The notes beneath the pieces were generated by a model. That model was not told where the DNA came from. It was given only the letters and a program-made list of their open reading frames with translations, and ran no database searches. Below, in pieces: positions 19,071 to 29,338 of a DNA stretch of 64,000 nt. Position 1 is the stretch's first letter; each line of letters begins with the position of its first letter. A program made the position numbers and the translations under genes. This DNA is from Calditrichaceae bacterium (GTDB lineage: Bacteria > Calditrichota > Calditrichia > Calditrichales > JBFXGD01). The stretch is from positions 205,992-269,991 of the forward strand of contig JBFXLE010000003.1 of assembly GCA_050173015.1 (NCBI GenBank), given 5' to 3'.

Positions 19071-20528
19071 TTATCTGCCCCTCTCTATAATCTTAATGGG
19101 AGTACCAGCAGGAATATTTTCATCCAATTCTTTTCCGTTCATCAGAGCAAGCTCTTTCCATAATGCTTCTTCAACCCCGAAGTCCTGGAAGGCCAGTTCC
19201 AGCATCCCGGCTTTTACTGTTCTTTTTATCCGGATCCGGTCCGGTTTCACCTCAAGTTTTGAGCGATCGGTTAAAAGATTGAATCCATTCATCGTGTTTT
19301 CAAAGCTGCGACTGTATTTTTCATAGTCCTGCAGAGACGTCAACCCATGAAATGTAAATATCTGATTGTCTTTCATGATAAAATAAGACATCACCTGGAT
19401 TACTCCCTGATCCGTTGTAATTTTTGAGACCACTTTATAAGCCCGGAAAGCATTGACCTTCAGGTCATTTTGATATACGGCCACAGCCTTGTTTTTTGAT
19501 ATGAATTTTTGCGCTGCCGCAAGAGGAGATGAGCCTTCCTCCAGCGTAAATAAAATGACCGCTTCTCCTTTGCCCGCGATTATCTGGACCTGAGTAGGTA
19601 AATTATTCACCTTCCATCCGGTTGGCGCGGGAAACTGAAATTGTAACCCGGGATGATAAAAAACACCCTTTTCCACAAAGCCCTGACGCGGATCTTCACC
19701 ATAAACAAGACCGTCGATCTTACTCATGTACTCATCGCGATTTATTTTGAAATCCGGTCTGTTTATTTTTTTCTGCCACAGAGCCGCTTCTTTCCGGATA
19801 TCCCCTACCCGGTTCTCAGGATTTGGGTGAGTTGAAAACCAGCTTGGCAGACCTTTTTCATCTTCTTTTTCTGACATTCTATCGAGGGTGATAAAGAAAT
19901 TTGCCATCTCTCTTGCGTCATATCCTGTTTTGGTGGAGTATTCAACACCGAGATCATCCGACTGTCTTTCATTATCTCTGCTGAATTTTAGAAAAAGCAC
20001 GCCGACTCCCATTTCCGCCAGTCCCGCGTATTTACTGAATTCTTCAGAAAACACCGACCCCAGCCCCAGGCCTAATTGCGCCAACTGCCCCTTACTGTAC
20101 TGTTTTGCCGAATGGCGGGCGGTGATATGCCCTATCTCATGTCCCACCACTCCGGCAAGCTCCGCTTCATTGTTCAGGTAGGCGAGTATGCCCCTGGTGA
20201 TATAGACAAAGCCTCCCGGAACCGCGAAGGCGTTAATAACAGGACTGTCCATCAATTTGAATTCATATTTTAATTCAGGACGGTGGGAAACTTTTGCCAT
20301 TTCCTGTCCCAGCCGATCTAAATAGTTATGAAGTTCCTTGTCATCATAAACCCCGTAAGTTTCAACCACCTGTTTATCCGATTGAATTCCCATTTTAACT
20401 TCATCAGAATCGCTTAGCAGCATCAGCTCCCGCTTCCCGGTAACGGGATTGACCGCACAGGAAGCAATCCATAAGATTAAATTGAACAGAATAAATATTT
20501 TCAGAGAATTTAGGGCGTGACCTGACAT
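19071..20528 (-). CDS. M48-family zinc metalloprotease lipoprotein
   Basis: Lipobox-like IASCAVNPVTG; NAFAVPGG, HEIGH, FSRDNERQSD, STHP....R. Confidence 0.88.
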   Translation of the reverse strand: MSGHALNSLKIFILFNLILWIASCAVNPVTGKRELMLLSDSDEVKMGIQSDKQVVETYGVYDDKELHNYLDRLGQEMAKVSHRPELKYEFKLMDSPVINAFAVPGGFVYITRGILAYLNNEAELAGVVGHEIGHITARHSAKQYSKGQLAQLGLGLGSVFSEEFSKYAGLAEMGVGVLFLKFSRDNERQSDDLGVEYSTKTGYDAREMANFFITLDRMSEKEDEKGLPSWFSTHPNPENRVGDIRKEAALWQKKINRPDFKINRDEYMSKIDGLVYGEDPRQGFVEKGVFYHPGLQFQFPAPTGWKVNNLPTQVQIIAGKGEAVILFTLEEGSSPLAAAQKFISKNKAVAVYQNDLKVNAFRAYKVVSKITTDQGVIQVMSYFIMKDNQIFTFHGLTSLQDYEKYSRSFENTMNGFNLLTDRSKLEVKPDRIRIKRTVKAGMLELAFQDFGVEEALWKELALMNGKELDENIPAGTPIKIIERGR

Positions 20529-20830
20529 TATTATCTCCTAAATTTTGAGTTTCTTATTCTATCGCGAACTATAATATAATTTATGATAAGCAAAAAAAGT
20601 TCGCAATATTTACAAAATGATTACATAGAGCAAGAAAGATTGATGTGTAACAAACGGCCGGCGCAACTTTAATATTCCGTCAAACAAACAGGCGGCACTG
20701 TCAGAATTTACCAAACAAATAATTAATGAATCAAAATACAAAAAAAGCATTAAAACGATGTAAAACGCGCATTCAGGCCTATTGAACTATAGTAATCTGA
20801 TAATGCGCCGAAAATAATTCATAAAAGATG

Positions 20831-20859
20831 TTGACAAATCAATTTCAGCTATTTATATT
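20831..20859 (+). promoter_or_regulatory. sigma70-type promoter of the TetR/efflux operon
   Basis: TTGACA (20831-20836), 17-nt spacer, TATATT (20854-20859). Confidence 0.75.
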
Positions 20860-20880
20860 GAATCATGATTCATTAATCAA
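20859..20880. promoter_or_regulatory. Putative TetR operator 1
   Basis: Perfect 14-bp palindrome TGAATCATGATTCA followed by TTAATCAA, overlapping the expected +1. Confidence 0.7.
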
Positions 20881-20890
20881 GGAAATAAAC

Positions 20891-21481
20891 ATGAGAACGC
20901 GCGAAGGAAACAAAGAAAACGATATTCTTGAAGCTGCAATACAGATATTTGCTGAAGCCGGCTATCATGGATCGAAAATTTCTAAGATTGCGGAAGTCGC
21001 CGGAGTAGCAAACGGAAGTGTCTATCTTTATTTCCGGAATAAACAGGACATTCTTGTAAAAATCCTTGAAAAACTCTGGGAAAAACTGGCAAAAGATATT
21101 CAGAAACTGGTTGATCAAACTGATTTAGATCCCCTTGAAAAAATTGATGGCATGGTGGATAAGGTTTTTGACACTTTTACTTCAAATCCAAATCTGGCCA
21201 TCGTTGTCATCAATGAACATAATCAAATGATACAAAGGGGTGTTGATGATTTCGCCAAACAGTATGAGAAATTTCTCGATGCCTGTCGTAAAGTATTTTC
21301 GGAAGGTGTTGAACACGCTTATATCAATCCAGATCTCGATGTAAAAGTGTTTTTGCACTTCGTTGTCGGCGGACTTAGACATCTGATTAATTTATGGGCG
21401 GGTAATCCTGATATTCTGCCTTTGCAGAAGATGCGTGATAATATAAAATACCTGATCCGCCATGGTGTGATAAAATGGTAA
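20891..21481 (+). CDS. TetR/AcrR-family transcriptional regulator
   Basis: ILEAA..IFAE.GY....ISKIAEVAGVANGSVYLYFRNKQDIL helix-turn-helix; ATG 20891 follows AAGGA. Confidence 0.92.
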   Translation: MRTREGNKENDILEAAIQIFAEAGYHGSKISKIAEVAGVANGSVYLYFRNKQDILVKILEKLWEKLAKDIQKLVDQTDLDPLEKIDGMVDKVFDTFTSNPNLAIVVINEHNQMIQRGVDDFAKQYEKFLDACRKVFSEGVEHAYINPDLDVKVFLHFVVGGLRHLINLWAGNPDILPLQKMRDNIKYLIRHGVIKW

Positions 21482-21509
21482 TTTTAAGGTAATTTTTTTT
21501 AATATTTAA

Positions 21510-21531
21510 TGAACATTGAGTCATTAATCAA
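21510..21531. promoter_or_regulatory. Putative TetR operator 2
   Basis: TGAACATTGAGTCATTAATCAA, a variant of operator 1, directly before tolC. Confidence 0.6.
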
Positions 21532-21545
21532 TTTTGGAGATTTCA

Positions 21546-23042
21546 ATGCGTTTTAGAACCGGAATAAGCATCATCGTTGGATTGTTGTTTAGCTCAGGCA
21601 TATACCCTGCTCGTGTGGATGCGGGAACACTCCCATTAAACACCGCGATCGATATTGCTCTTGAAAACAATAACAAAATCCGACAATATAATGAGCGTTT
21701 TGAACAAAAACGCTACGCGGAAAAAGAAGCATTGGGTAATTTCTTCCCCACTGTAAAAATACAGGCAACTTATAATCATCTTAACGATCCGCTGCAAATT
21801 GACCTTGAACCAATCCGCGAGGCAATGATTCAGATCCAAAGCGGTAATCAGGTTGAATTTGCAAATACCTATTCCCTTCTTCAGGGAAATTCAGCATTGA
21901 CAGATGCGGAACGCGGCGCGTTATACGATCAGTATTACGGTCAGTTGGACAGCGCCATTCCACCTTTTGTCGATACATTTAAAAATCAGGATTATCGGAC
22001 GGCATCTATACAGGTGACACAACCCTTATTCACTGGCGGCAAAATCATCGCCGCCAAACGATACGCCACGGCCGAGTTAAACACATCGAAAGAGGAGCTT
22101 CGGCAGACAGAAAACGGAGTCATACAGGATGTTATCAATCAATACATGAATGTGCTTTTACTTAAAAACGTCGTTCAAACACGGATAGAAGCCCTCGACG
22201 GTATGACAAAGCACAAAGAAAACGCCCAGCTTCTTTTTAATGAAGGACTGATCGCGCGGTACGATTTGTTCCGGGCGAAAGTGGCTGTATCCGATGCGGA
22301 ACGCGCGTTGTTCGATGACCAAAGCAACTTATCCCTTGCCATGATCGCTCTTAAAAACACACTCGGATTAGATGAGGATCTTGAACCCGAGGCCGTCTCC
22401 GATTCACTTTTGTACAGATTAATGGACAGAAACCTCGGATCATTCATTAATCAGGCCGAACTGAACCAGCCGGTACTTCAAATACTGAATTATAAGGGGG
22501 TCAGCGCCCAGCAGAACTATGTCGCGCAACGGGCTGATTTTTTTCCCACCATCGCGGGTTTTGCCAAATATGAGATGGTTCCCGAGGATCTATCAAGTTT
22601 AGAACCAAGATGGGTGGCCGGTATACAGTTGAATTATACGCTTTTTGAAGGATTTAAAAACAAAAACAGACTGCAATCCGCAAAACATATTAAGCAGGAA
22701 GTCACATATCTTCAGCAGGATACAAAACGGCAGATTGATTTATGGGTGGAGAAATCCTACAGAGATCTGCGTAATAATGAAACCCGTTACATCAAACTCA
22801 AATCCGATATCGCGCTGGCCAAAGAAAATTTGAGACTGAACGAGAAACGGTTTGAAACGGGACTGGGTACATCTCTCGAAGTCATCGACGCGAATCTCTC
22901 CCTGCAAAAAAGTCAGATAGAGCGATTGCTTTCGCTCCATAATTATTATCAATCCATGTCATCATTATATACGGCAGCCGGCAATCCCATACAACTACTT
23001 GAATTCTGGAATAGCGAAGGGGTACAAAATGAAGCTCACTAA
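21546..23042 (+). CDS. TolC-family outer-membrane efflux protein
   Basis: AIDIALENN, FFPTV, QPLFTGG, RFETGLGTSLEVIDA; two OEP halves; ATG 21546 follows GGAGA. Confidence 0.88.
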   Translation: MRFRTGISIIVGLLFSSGIYPARVDAGTLPLNTAIDIALENNNKIRQYNERFEQKRYAEKEALGNFFPTVKIQATYNHLNDPLQIDLEPIREAMIQIQSGNQVEFANTYSLLQGNSALTDAERGALYDQYYGQLDSAIPPFVDTFKNQDYRTASIQVTQPLFTGGKIIAAKRYATAELNTSKEELRQTENGVIQDVINQYMNVLLLKNVVQTRIEALDGMTKHKENAQLLFNEGLIARYDLFRAKVAVSDAERALFDDQSNLSLAMIALKNTLGLDEDLEPEAVSDSLLYRLMDRNLGSFINQAELNQPVLQILNYKGVSAQQNYVAQRADFFPTIAGFAKYEMVPEDLSSLEPRWVAGIQLNYTLFEGFKNKNRLQSAKHIKQEVTYLQQDTKRQIDLWVEKSYRDLRNNETRYIKLKSDIALAKENLRLNEKRFETGLGTSLEVIDANLSLQKSQIERLLSLHNYYQSMSSLYTAAGNPIQLLEFWNSEGVQNEAH

Positions 23043-24021
23043 AAACAAATTAATATTGTCCATACCATTAATAATAACCTTGATTTCAGTTCTCATTCTG
23101 ACCATACAGGCATATTCGATCGACACGGTTATCATGACCGGTCTGGTGGAAACAACAGAAATTGATATCGCCTCTAAAATTCCCGGTCGCATTGAAAATA
23201 TTTATGTGAGAGAGGGAGACGCTGTTACAAAAGGTCAACTGATAGCGAATTTGGAAAGCAAGGAAATTGATGCCAAAGTCGGGCAGGCCCGCGGAGTAAT
23301 GCAGGCGGCCGCCGCTAAACTGGAAATGGCCCGGAACGGAGCGCGTCCGGAGGAACGTGAAGCAGTTGAAAAAATGTACATGCAGGCGGTCCATCAGTAT
23401 GATCTCGCTGAAAAAACATGGAAAAGAGTTGAAAGTGTATACAAAGACAGTGTGATCTCCACCCAGGAGCGCGATCAGGTGGAATTTCAATATAAAGCAG
23501 CCAGAGAACAGATGGATGCTGCCCGGGCGAAATATGATATGGTCAAAAAAGGCGCGCGGCAGGAAGAAATAGCAGCCGCCGGGGGACTGTTTCTTCAGGC
23601 TCAAAGCGCGTACCAGGAAGCGTTGGCTTATCAGGAAGAAACCCGGCTGATTAGTCCAATTTCAGGCGAAGTATCCGCTCGGATTACAGATCCCGGTGAA
23701 ATTATTGCAGCCGGCTATCCTGTTTTTTCCGTCACCGATACTTCCGATGTCTGGGTTGTGCTGCAGATTCGCGAAAATATGATGAGTTATATAAAAAAAG
23801 ATCTGATGGTCAAGGGAGAAATTCCGGCGCTTGGGATGGATAGCGCGGATTTTAGAGTGAGCCATATCGCCACCATGGCAGATTTTGCAACCTGGCGCGC
23901 GACAAATCAGAAAGGCGATTTCGATCTGAAAACATTTGAAATCCACCTCCGTCCATCGGAGAAGATAACCGGATTACGGGCGGGTATGACGGTCCGCCTT
24001 AAATTTATAGAAAATTATTGA
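23029..24021 (+). CDS. HlyD-family periplasmic adaptor
   Basis: N-terminal TM helix; IASKIPGRI...V.EGD.V.KGQ, GARPEE, SPISGEV, ADFATWRAT...FDLKTFE, LRAGM. Confidence 0.88.
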   Translation: MKLTKNKLILSIPLIITLISVLILTIQAYSIDTVIMTGLVETTEIDIASKIPGRIENIYVREGDAVTKGQLIANLESKEIDAKVGQARGVMQAAAAKLEMARNGARPEEREAVEKMYMQAVHQYDLAEKTWKRVESVYKDSVISTQERDQVEFQYKAAREQMDAARAKYDMVKKGARQEEIAAAGGLFLQAQSAYQEALAYQEETRLISPISGEVSARITDPGEIIAAGYPVFSVTDTSDVWVVLQIRENMMSYIKKDLMVKGEIPALGMDSADFRVSHIATMADFATWRATNQKGDFDLKTFEIHLRPSEKITGLRAGMTVRLKFIENY

Positions 24022-24030
24022 GACGCTGAA

Positions 24031-25224
24031 ATGTTAACTATTTACTCAAAAGCTATTCGTAATGTTATGAAGCGGGAATTCATAAGGATCGCTGAACGCA
24101 AGACTCTGTATTCTTTAATGATTATACTCCCTATGATCCTGTTTTTGCTTTTCGCCCTCATCTATAAAAACCGGAGTATAGAAAACCTTCCGGTGGCGAT
24201 ATTCGACGAAGACAATTCAGCGCTTTCCAGATTGGTGATTCAATCGGTTGAGTCAACTAAATCAATGAAAATAGACCGCTACGTTCATTCCATCGATGAG
24301 ATTCGTGAATCGATGCTGTCCGGGAAAATACAAGCGGGTTTTTATATTCCGCGCGATTTTTCCAGTGAGATAAAAAGCGGAAAATCGACCCGTATGGTGG
24401 TTTATAAAAACACCAATAATCTCATTATAGGAAATCTGATTTATAAAGATGCTCTGACCATTACTAAAACTGTTTCCGGAGGTGTCTTACTAAAAAAATT
24501 ACCCTCTGAGGGTATGTCTGAAGACCAGGCAATGAATATTGTTAACCCGATCCGGTTGGAAACACAGTCCCTGTTCAATCCCGCATACAATTACGAGAAT
24601 TATCTTGTGCCCGGATTGATGCCGGTAATGCTTCAAATGATTATTATGATATCCGGCGTGCTTATTATCAGCTCCGAATACACACACCGCACAATAGATG
24701 AATTGTTCAAAACAGCCGATAACCTGGTTCTGGCCGTTTTTCTGGGGAAGTCCACTCCTCACCTGCTTATCTATACGACCATGTCTTTAGGAATGATCGG
24801 GATTATTTTTCCACTTTTCGCGATCCCGTACTCGGGATCTGTAGTTACCGGTCTTCTGTTTTTGATATATTTTATAGCTGCCAATTTCTTTTTGGCCATG
24901 TTTTTATCCACACTCATCCATGACCAGCTGCTTGCGACCGAGATCGCCGTATTTTTTAATACACCGGCATTTATTTTTAGTGGATACACTTTTCCTCTTT
25001 CGAGTATGCCCGGTCTTCACAGTATTTATGGTCAGATGATGCCGTTTACTCATTTTCTGAGCGGTTTTCTGAAAATCTATCAGATGAACGCCCCCAACCG
25101 GTATTTGTGGCCGGAAGTCCAAGTGCTTTCACTTTTTGTCTGGGGGTCCATCGCGTTAAGCTTAATCGCAATCAAATATAGAAAAAGCCATCTACCGGCC
25201 CTGACCGGAGGGGGGACGGTATGA
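24031..25224 (+). CDS. ABC-2 type permease (YhhJ/YbhS-like)
   Basis: LPVAIFDEDNSALSR periplasmic domain; FNP.YNY..YLVPG; FSGYTFP...MP. Confidence 0.85.
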   Translation: MLTIYSKAIRNVMKREFIRIAERKTLYSLMIILPMILFLLFALIYKNRSIENLPVAIFDEDNSALSRLVIQSVESTKSMKIDRYVHSIDEIRESMLSGKIQAGFYIPRDFSSEIKSGKSTRMVVYKNTNNLIIGNLIYKDALTITKTVSGGVLLKKLPSEGMSEDQAMNIVNPIRLETQSLFNPAYNYENYLVPGLMPVMLQMIIMISGVLIISSEYTHRTIDELFKTADNLVLAVFLGKSTPHLLIYTTMSLGMIGIIFPLFAIPYSGSVVTGLLFLIYFIAANFFLAMFLSTLIHDQLLATEIAVFFNTPAFIFSGYTFPLSSMPGLHSIYGQMMPFTHFLSGFLKIYQMNAPNRYLWPEVQVLSLFVWGSIALSLIAIKYRKSHLPALTGGGTV

Positions 25225-26456
25225 AAAATCTGAATTTAAAAATTACAGGCTTTAACAGGGTACTTCTGCGCGAGATTCAGCTAATAAAAAGTGATATCAA
25301 CATCCTCATGGTCATTCTGCTGGCGCCGCTGTTTTACGCGTTTTTCTATCCTTCTATCTATGTGCATAAAACCGAGCATGATGTACCGATAGTCGTTGTT
25401 GATCAGGACAAATCCGCGCTTTCTGCCGACCTGATCCGGTATCTCGATATCCATCAACTTACCAAAGTGACGGAAACAGTAACCGATCTGGAGCAGGCCA
25501 AAGACCGGATATACAGCATGGCCACGGAAGGAATTATTTACATTCCCGATGGTTTCGAAAGTAATCTCAAAAGCGGCAGTGGAACTGATCTGAAAGTTTA
25601 TATCAATACCAATCGTTTTTTGATCTCAAATGATATCAACAAAGCGGTAAACGAAGTGATCGGCACAATGGGCGCCGGAATCCGGCTAAGTTACTTCCGG
25701 ACAAACGGGAACAGCTTTGAACAGGCTATTGAGCTGATCGAACCGGTTCGCGGAGATATCAGACCGATGTTTAATCCATCTGAAAGCTACGGCGATTTTT
25801 TAATTCCCGGGCTCCTGGTTTTGATCATACAGCAAACCTTATTGATCGGACTTTCCGAAAGCATGGCCAAAGAGCGTGAAAAACATACACTCGGCAATCT
25901 TTTTGAAACCGCAAACAGGAGTATCTGGGCAACAATCGCGGGCAAAGCGTCATTTTTTATTCTGCTGTTCGGCTCATATAGTTTTTTTATGTTTACGGTT
26001 CTTTTCAAAGTGTTCAAGCTAAATTTTGCAGGAAGTAAAAGCGCGCTCTTTGTCCTTACATTTCTTTTTCTGCTCTCGGTCATATTTCTGAGTCTTTTTG
26101 TTTCATCATTTTTTAAGCGAAAAATTCTATCAATGCAATTTTTCGTATTTACGTCCTATCCGATTTTTCTTTTATCCGGTTACAGCTGGCCTCTGCAATC
26201 CATGCCGGCAATGTTAAGGACGTTCGCGTATGTGTTACCCGGAACCCCTTACCTGAACGCCGTTGTAAGAATTACTCAAATGAATGCCGGATGGAATCAT
26301 ATTTTGCCTGAACTTCTACTGCTCGCGATACTGACTCTCTCAGGCCTTCTACTTACGAGATTAAGAATGAAACAGCTGATAAATCAGGAACTGAATGAGA
26401 ATCTTCAATCACCTTTCTTCGGAATGATGTCATTATTCAGGCTAAAAAGGAGTTAA
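25221..26456 (+). CDS. ABC-2 type permease (YhhJ/YbhR-like)
   Basis: VPIVVVDQDKSALS; FNPSESYGDFLIPG; LSGYSWPLQSMP; ATGA overlap with the preceding gene. Confidence 0.85.
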   Translation: MKNLNLKITGFNRVLLREIQLIKSDINILMVILLAPLFYAFFYPSIYVHKTEHDVPIVVVDQDKSALSADLIRYLDIHQLTKVTETVTDLEQAKDRIYSMATEGIIYIPDGFESNLKSGSGTDLKVYINTNRFLISNDINKAVNEVIGTMGAGIRLSYFRTNGNSFEQAIELIEPVRGDIRPMFNPSESYGDFLIPGLLVLIIQQTLLIGLSESMAKEREKHTLGNLFETANRSIWATIAGKASFFILLFGSYSFFMFTVLFKVFKLNFAGSKSALFVLTFLFLLSVIFLSLFVSSFFKRKILSMQFFVFTSYPIFLLSGYSWPLQSMPAMLRTFAYVLPGTPYLNAVVRITQMNAGWNHILPELLLLAILTLSGLLLTRLRMKQLINQELNENLQSPFFGMMSLFRLKRS

Positions 26457-26566
26457 TTATCATGAATATAAACTTATCTAAAACAACAACAATTCTGCCG
26501 ACTCAGATTGCAGGGTTTGCGGAATATACATTCAATAAACGCAATAAACACTTAAAGGAGGTCGTT

Positions 26567-27097
26567 ATGAAACGCCTTGTATTATTTTTCAACATTTTTA
26601 TGATGGTATTTGCTTCATCTTTGTTCGCCCAGGACGGCAAGTTTTCTGTTGGTATCGTTACATCTCATTATAGTGATTATGATTCTGACAGCCACTTTTC
26701 GGCGCTTGATAATCCCACAGGGATGGGGATACTCGTTGGATACCGGATTAGCGAAGATGTTTCCCTGGCATTGACCAGTGAATTTTTTACCGGTGACATG
26801 GAAAACAATACCGGATCGGAAGATGTGATCCGTACATCCTTATCCGGTTTTTTCTTCCCGTTCAATTTCAATACTGTTAATCCTTATCTTACGGCCGGAG
26901 CAGTTTTAAGCAATAGCAATAAGGATTATGACAACGGTGATTCTATCAGTAATTCTAAATTGATGAGCAGGCTTGGCGCGGGTATTGATGTGCCTCTTGT
27001 ACAGAGATTAAGTCTGAATGCCGATCTCGGATTCTATGGCCATAACTTTAAATATACCGGCTGGGTTCAAAGTCTCGGCTTACGTTTTGCCTTCTAA
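26567..27097 (+). CDS. Small outer-membrane beta-barrel (OmpA/OmpW-like, about 8 strands)
   Basis: AAGGAGG RBS before ATG 26567; signal peptide; NPYLTAG, GAGIDV; C-terminal LGLRFAF. Confidence 0.75.
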   Translation: MKRLVLFFNIFMMVFASSLFAQDGKFSVGIVTSHYSDYDSDSHFSALDNPTGMGILVGYRISEDVSLALTSEFFTGDMENNTGSEDVIRTSLSGFFFPFNFNTVNPYLTAGAVLSNSNKDYDNGDSISNSKLMSRLGAGIDVPLVQRLSLNADLGFYGHNFKYTGWVQSLGLRFAF

Positions 27098-27117
27098 CGA
27101 AACCGGGTTAGTTAATG

Positions 27118-27153
27118 AATTCCTCCCCGCGAATGCGGGGAGGAATTTTTTTT
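27118..27153 (+). terminator. Rho-independent terminator
   Basis: AATTCCTCCCCGC-GAAT-GCGGGGAGGAATT followed by a T run, between convergent genes. Confidence 0.85.
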
Positions 27154-29263
27154 ATTTCAAAGTTTTTTGATTCTCGGATTGATTTTTATAATATTTTTTC
27201 AACCCATTATAGAGCCACCGGGCCATTTCCTCAGCAGGCGGAAAATCAACAATTTGCAAATCAAGCGCTACAGCCGCCTTATTTGTGTTTCTGATTTCCG
27301 GAATATCCATATTCTGCTCCACCGATATCTTATACACCGAATTCTTAAATTCATTGAGCAAAGCATCTGAAATATCAACACCTTTCATATTACCGGGATA
27401 TGTTGTCGCCTTTATTTGATCAGGAAGATTTGTTGCTTTTGTTACCCCGAACCTCAGATACCACCCTTCAGGAAATTTATTGATCCTTTTAATCCGGTCA
27501 TCAACGGACAGATCAGAATTATCCTCCCGGACCATATAAACCGTCATACCCGCGAATTTCAATTTTTCGCTCAGATATTTCACCACCTGGAAATTATAGA
27601 CAGATGCTGTCATGGAATCGTTTATACCCGCTCCTTTTTCGGAGCCTCCGTGCCGAGCGTCGATAACAATACTTTGATCAAAGAATAAACCATCCTCCAC
27701 TTCCCTTAAATCAAAATTCATTAAGGTTGTTTTATCGCTTTCAATCGCGATGTTGGTTTCCTGAGGGAAATACCCCCTTTTTTGCACCCGGATGGTATAA
27801 TTCCCCTGAGGCATGCCTGTCAAAAAAAACCTTCCGTCAAAATCCGTTCGAGTCAGCAGACTGTCACAAGCGTAAATTTCCGCATCAGGCAGAATCGTTC
27901 CTGCTTTAAGACTGCGAATTTCACCCTGGAAAATACTTATCCCATCAGAAACGAACCGGATCATAAGGGAATCAACCGCGCTGTCCGCCTCAGCATATAG
28001 CCACATGGCGGAATCAAAAGGCGTACTGTGCAGATAGACGCGCGCGGAACCTCCCCGGAGCAATCCTTGTTTGGTTTCGAGACTGCCCCCATAATTGGAA
28101 AATCCAAAATTAACGCCATCCCAAACCGGCTGACTATCTTTGTCAAGGAACAAAACATCAACCGGCAGATAGGAGATCCCGTCCGCGAGGATAGCCGCTG
28201 TCGGGATGGAAAAACGGATACCTTTTGCGGGAGATGACACGATAAAATTAATTGGGCGCTGTAAATTACTGTTCTTAAATAAATTGACCAGATCAACATC
28301 CACGGCGTGCTTTCCATTTGTCAGTGAAGAATCAACCGTGATCGTTATTCTGGCGGAATCCGGTTCAAAAGTAAACGGGACTTTACGCCCGTCAACACGT
28401 ACATCCATCAGGCTGCTAAACAATCTGAGTCTTTCTGAATCGCGTCCGTTCCTATTTCTCAACCCGTCATCCACTTTCAATTTCAACCGGGGCATTTTCG
28501 AAATACTGACTGAATCTTTACCCGCCAACCGGGCAGATGGAATTCCGCTCTTTGCGTATCTGGCAAGTCCCAGAAAAATACCATATGCTTCTCTCTTATT
28601 GTATTCTTTATCCTTGAGCCGCTTTTCCTCCCGTCTGTTTGAATGGAAAGAGCTTTCGCATAAAATAGCGGGGATTTTTGTGGTTCGGAGCAACCCGAAA
28701 CCCGCGGGATAAATCTGCTGATCGGAATGAAGACCATCCGGGGAAATTTGCGGGAGACGCAAGGCGTCCACCAACCCGAAATAAACATTTCTCGCGATAT
28801 CCATACTCGCGGGCGAAAGATCGGGATGGATATGATAGTAAACGGATACAAAGTTGGTGTTTGGATTTGCGGAAGCGTTATGATGGAGCGATATCAGAAA
28901 ATCGGCGCCGGATGTGTTAGCTATATTCGCCCGGTCAGCAAGACTTACATAAACATCATTCGTCCTGGTCAGAACCACTTGCACACCTGCTTTTTCCAGA
29001 AATGATTGAAGATACAAAGCGACACGAAGATTTACTTCTGCTTCCCGAAGCCCTGAGGGCCCTCGCTTGTAGTCCTTTATCTGACTCAGTCCACCGTGCC
29101 CCGGATCAATAACCACCTTGAATCCCTGCAAATATTTAGCGTAAACCGGTGTCGCGAAATACTCATCGGGAAGATCAGTCCAGACCTTCTCTTTCGACCC
29201 GATCCAGGCGCAGGATGAAACCAACAAACCGATAAACAGCACACTGAAGAATCTGACGTTCAT
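27152..29263 (-). CDS. N-acetylmuramoyl-L-alanine amidase lipoprotein (Amidase_3, Ig-like domains, degenerate second Amidase_3)
   Basis: Lipobox VSSC; VVIDPGHGG, REAEVN, ISLHHNA and ILCESSF in the N-terminal domain; TDFDGRFFL..MPQGNY.I.V...GY carboxypeptidase-regulatory-like domain; C-terminal IVIDARHGG. Confidence 0.85.
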   Translation of the reverse strand: MNVRFFSVLFIGLLVSSCAWIGSKEKVWTDLPDEYFATPVYAKYLQGFKVVIDPGHGGLSQIKDYKRGPSGLREAEVNLRVALYLQSFLEKAGVQVVLTRTNDVYVSLADRANIANTSGADFLISLHHNASANPNTNFVSVYYHIHPDLSPASMDIARNVYFGLVDALRLPQISPDGLHSDQQIYPAGFGLLRTTKIPAILCESSFHSNRREEKRLKDKEYNKREAYGIFLGLARYAKSGIPSARLAGKDSVSISKMPRLKLKVDDGLRNRNGRDSERLRLFSSLMDVRVDGRKVPFTFEPDSARITITVDSSLTNGKHAVDVDLVNLFKNSNLQRPINFIVSSPAKGIRFSIPTAAILADGISYLPVDVLFLDKDSQPVWDGVNFGFSNYGGSLETKQGLLRGGSARVYLHSTPFDSAMWLYAEADSAVDSLMIRFVSDGISIFQGEIRSLKAGTILPDAEIYACDSLLTRTDFDGRFFLTGMPQGNYTIRVQKRGYFPQETNIAIESDKTTLMNFDLREVEDGLFFDQSIVIDARHGGSEKGAGINDSMTASVYNFQVVKYLSEKLKFAGMTVYMVREDNSDLSVDDRIKRINKFPEGWYLRFGVTKATNLPDQIKATTYPGNMKGVDISDALLNEFKNSVYKISVEQNMDIPEIRNTNKAAVALDLQIVDFPPAEEMARWLYNGLKKYYKNQSENQKTLK

Positions 29264-29338
29264 ACTTCCTTTCGAATCAATATCAACTTCTAAATGTAAT
29301 AATCACAAGGGCATATCATCCGGCCCGGGATTGCCCGA

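Noticed and set aside
23086-28712. Long alternative ORFs 23086-23604 (-) and 28206-28712 (+), and the other short overlapping ORFs in the track
   Set aside because: They overlap well-supported genes on the opposite strand or in another frame and show no family motifs.
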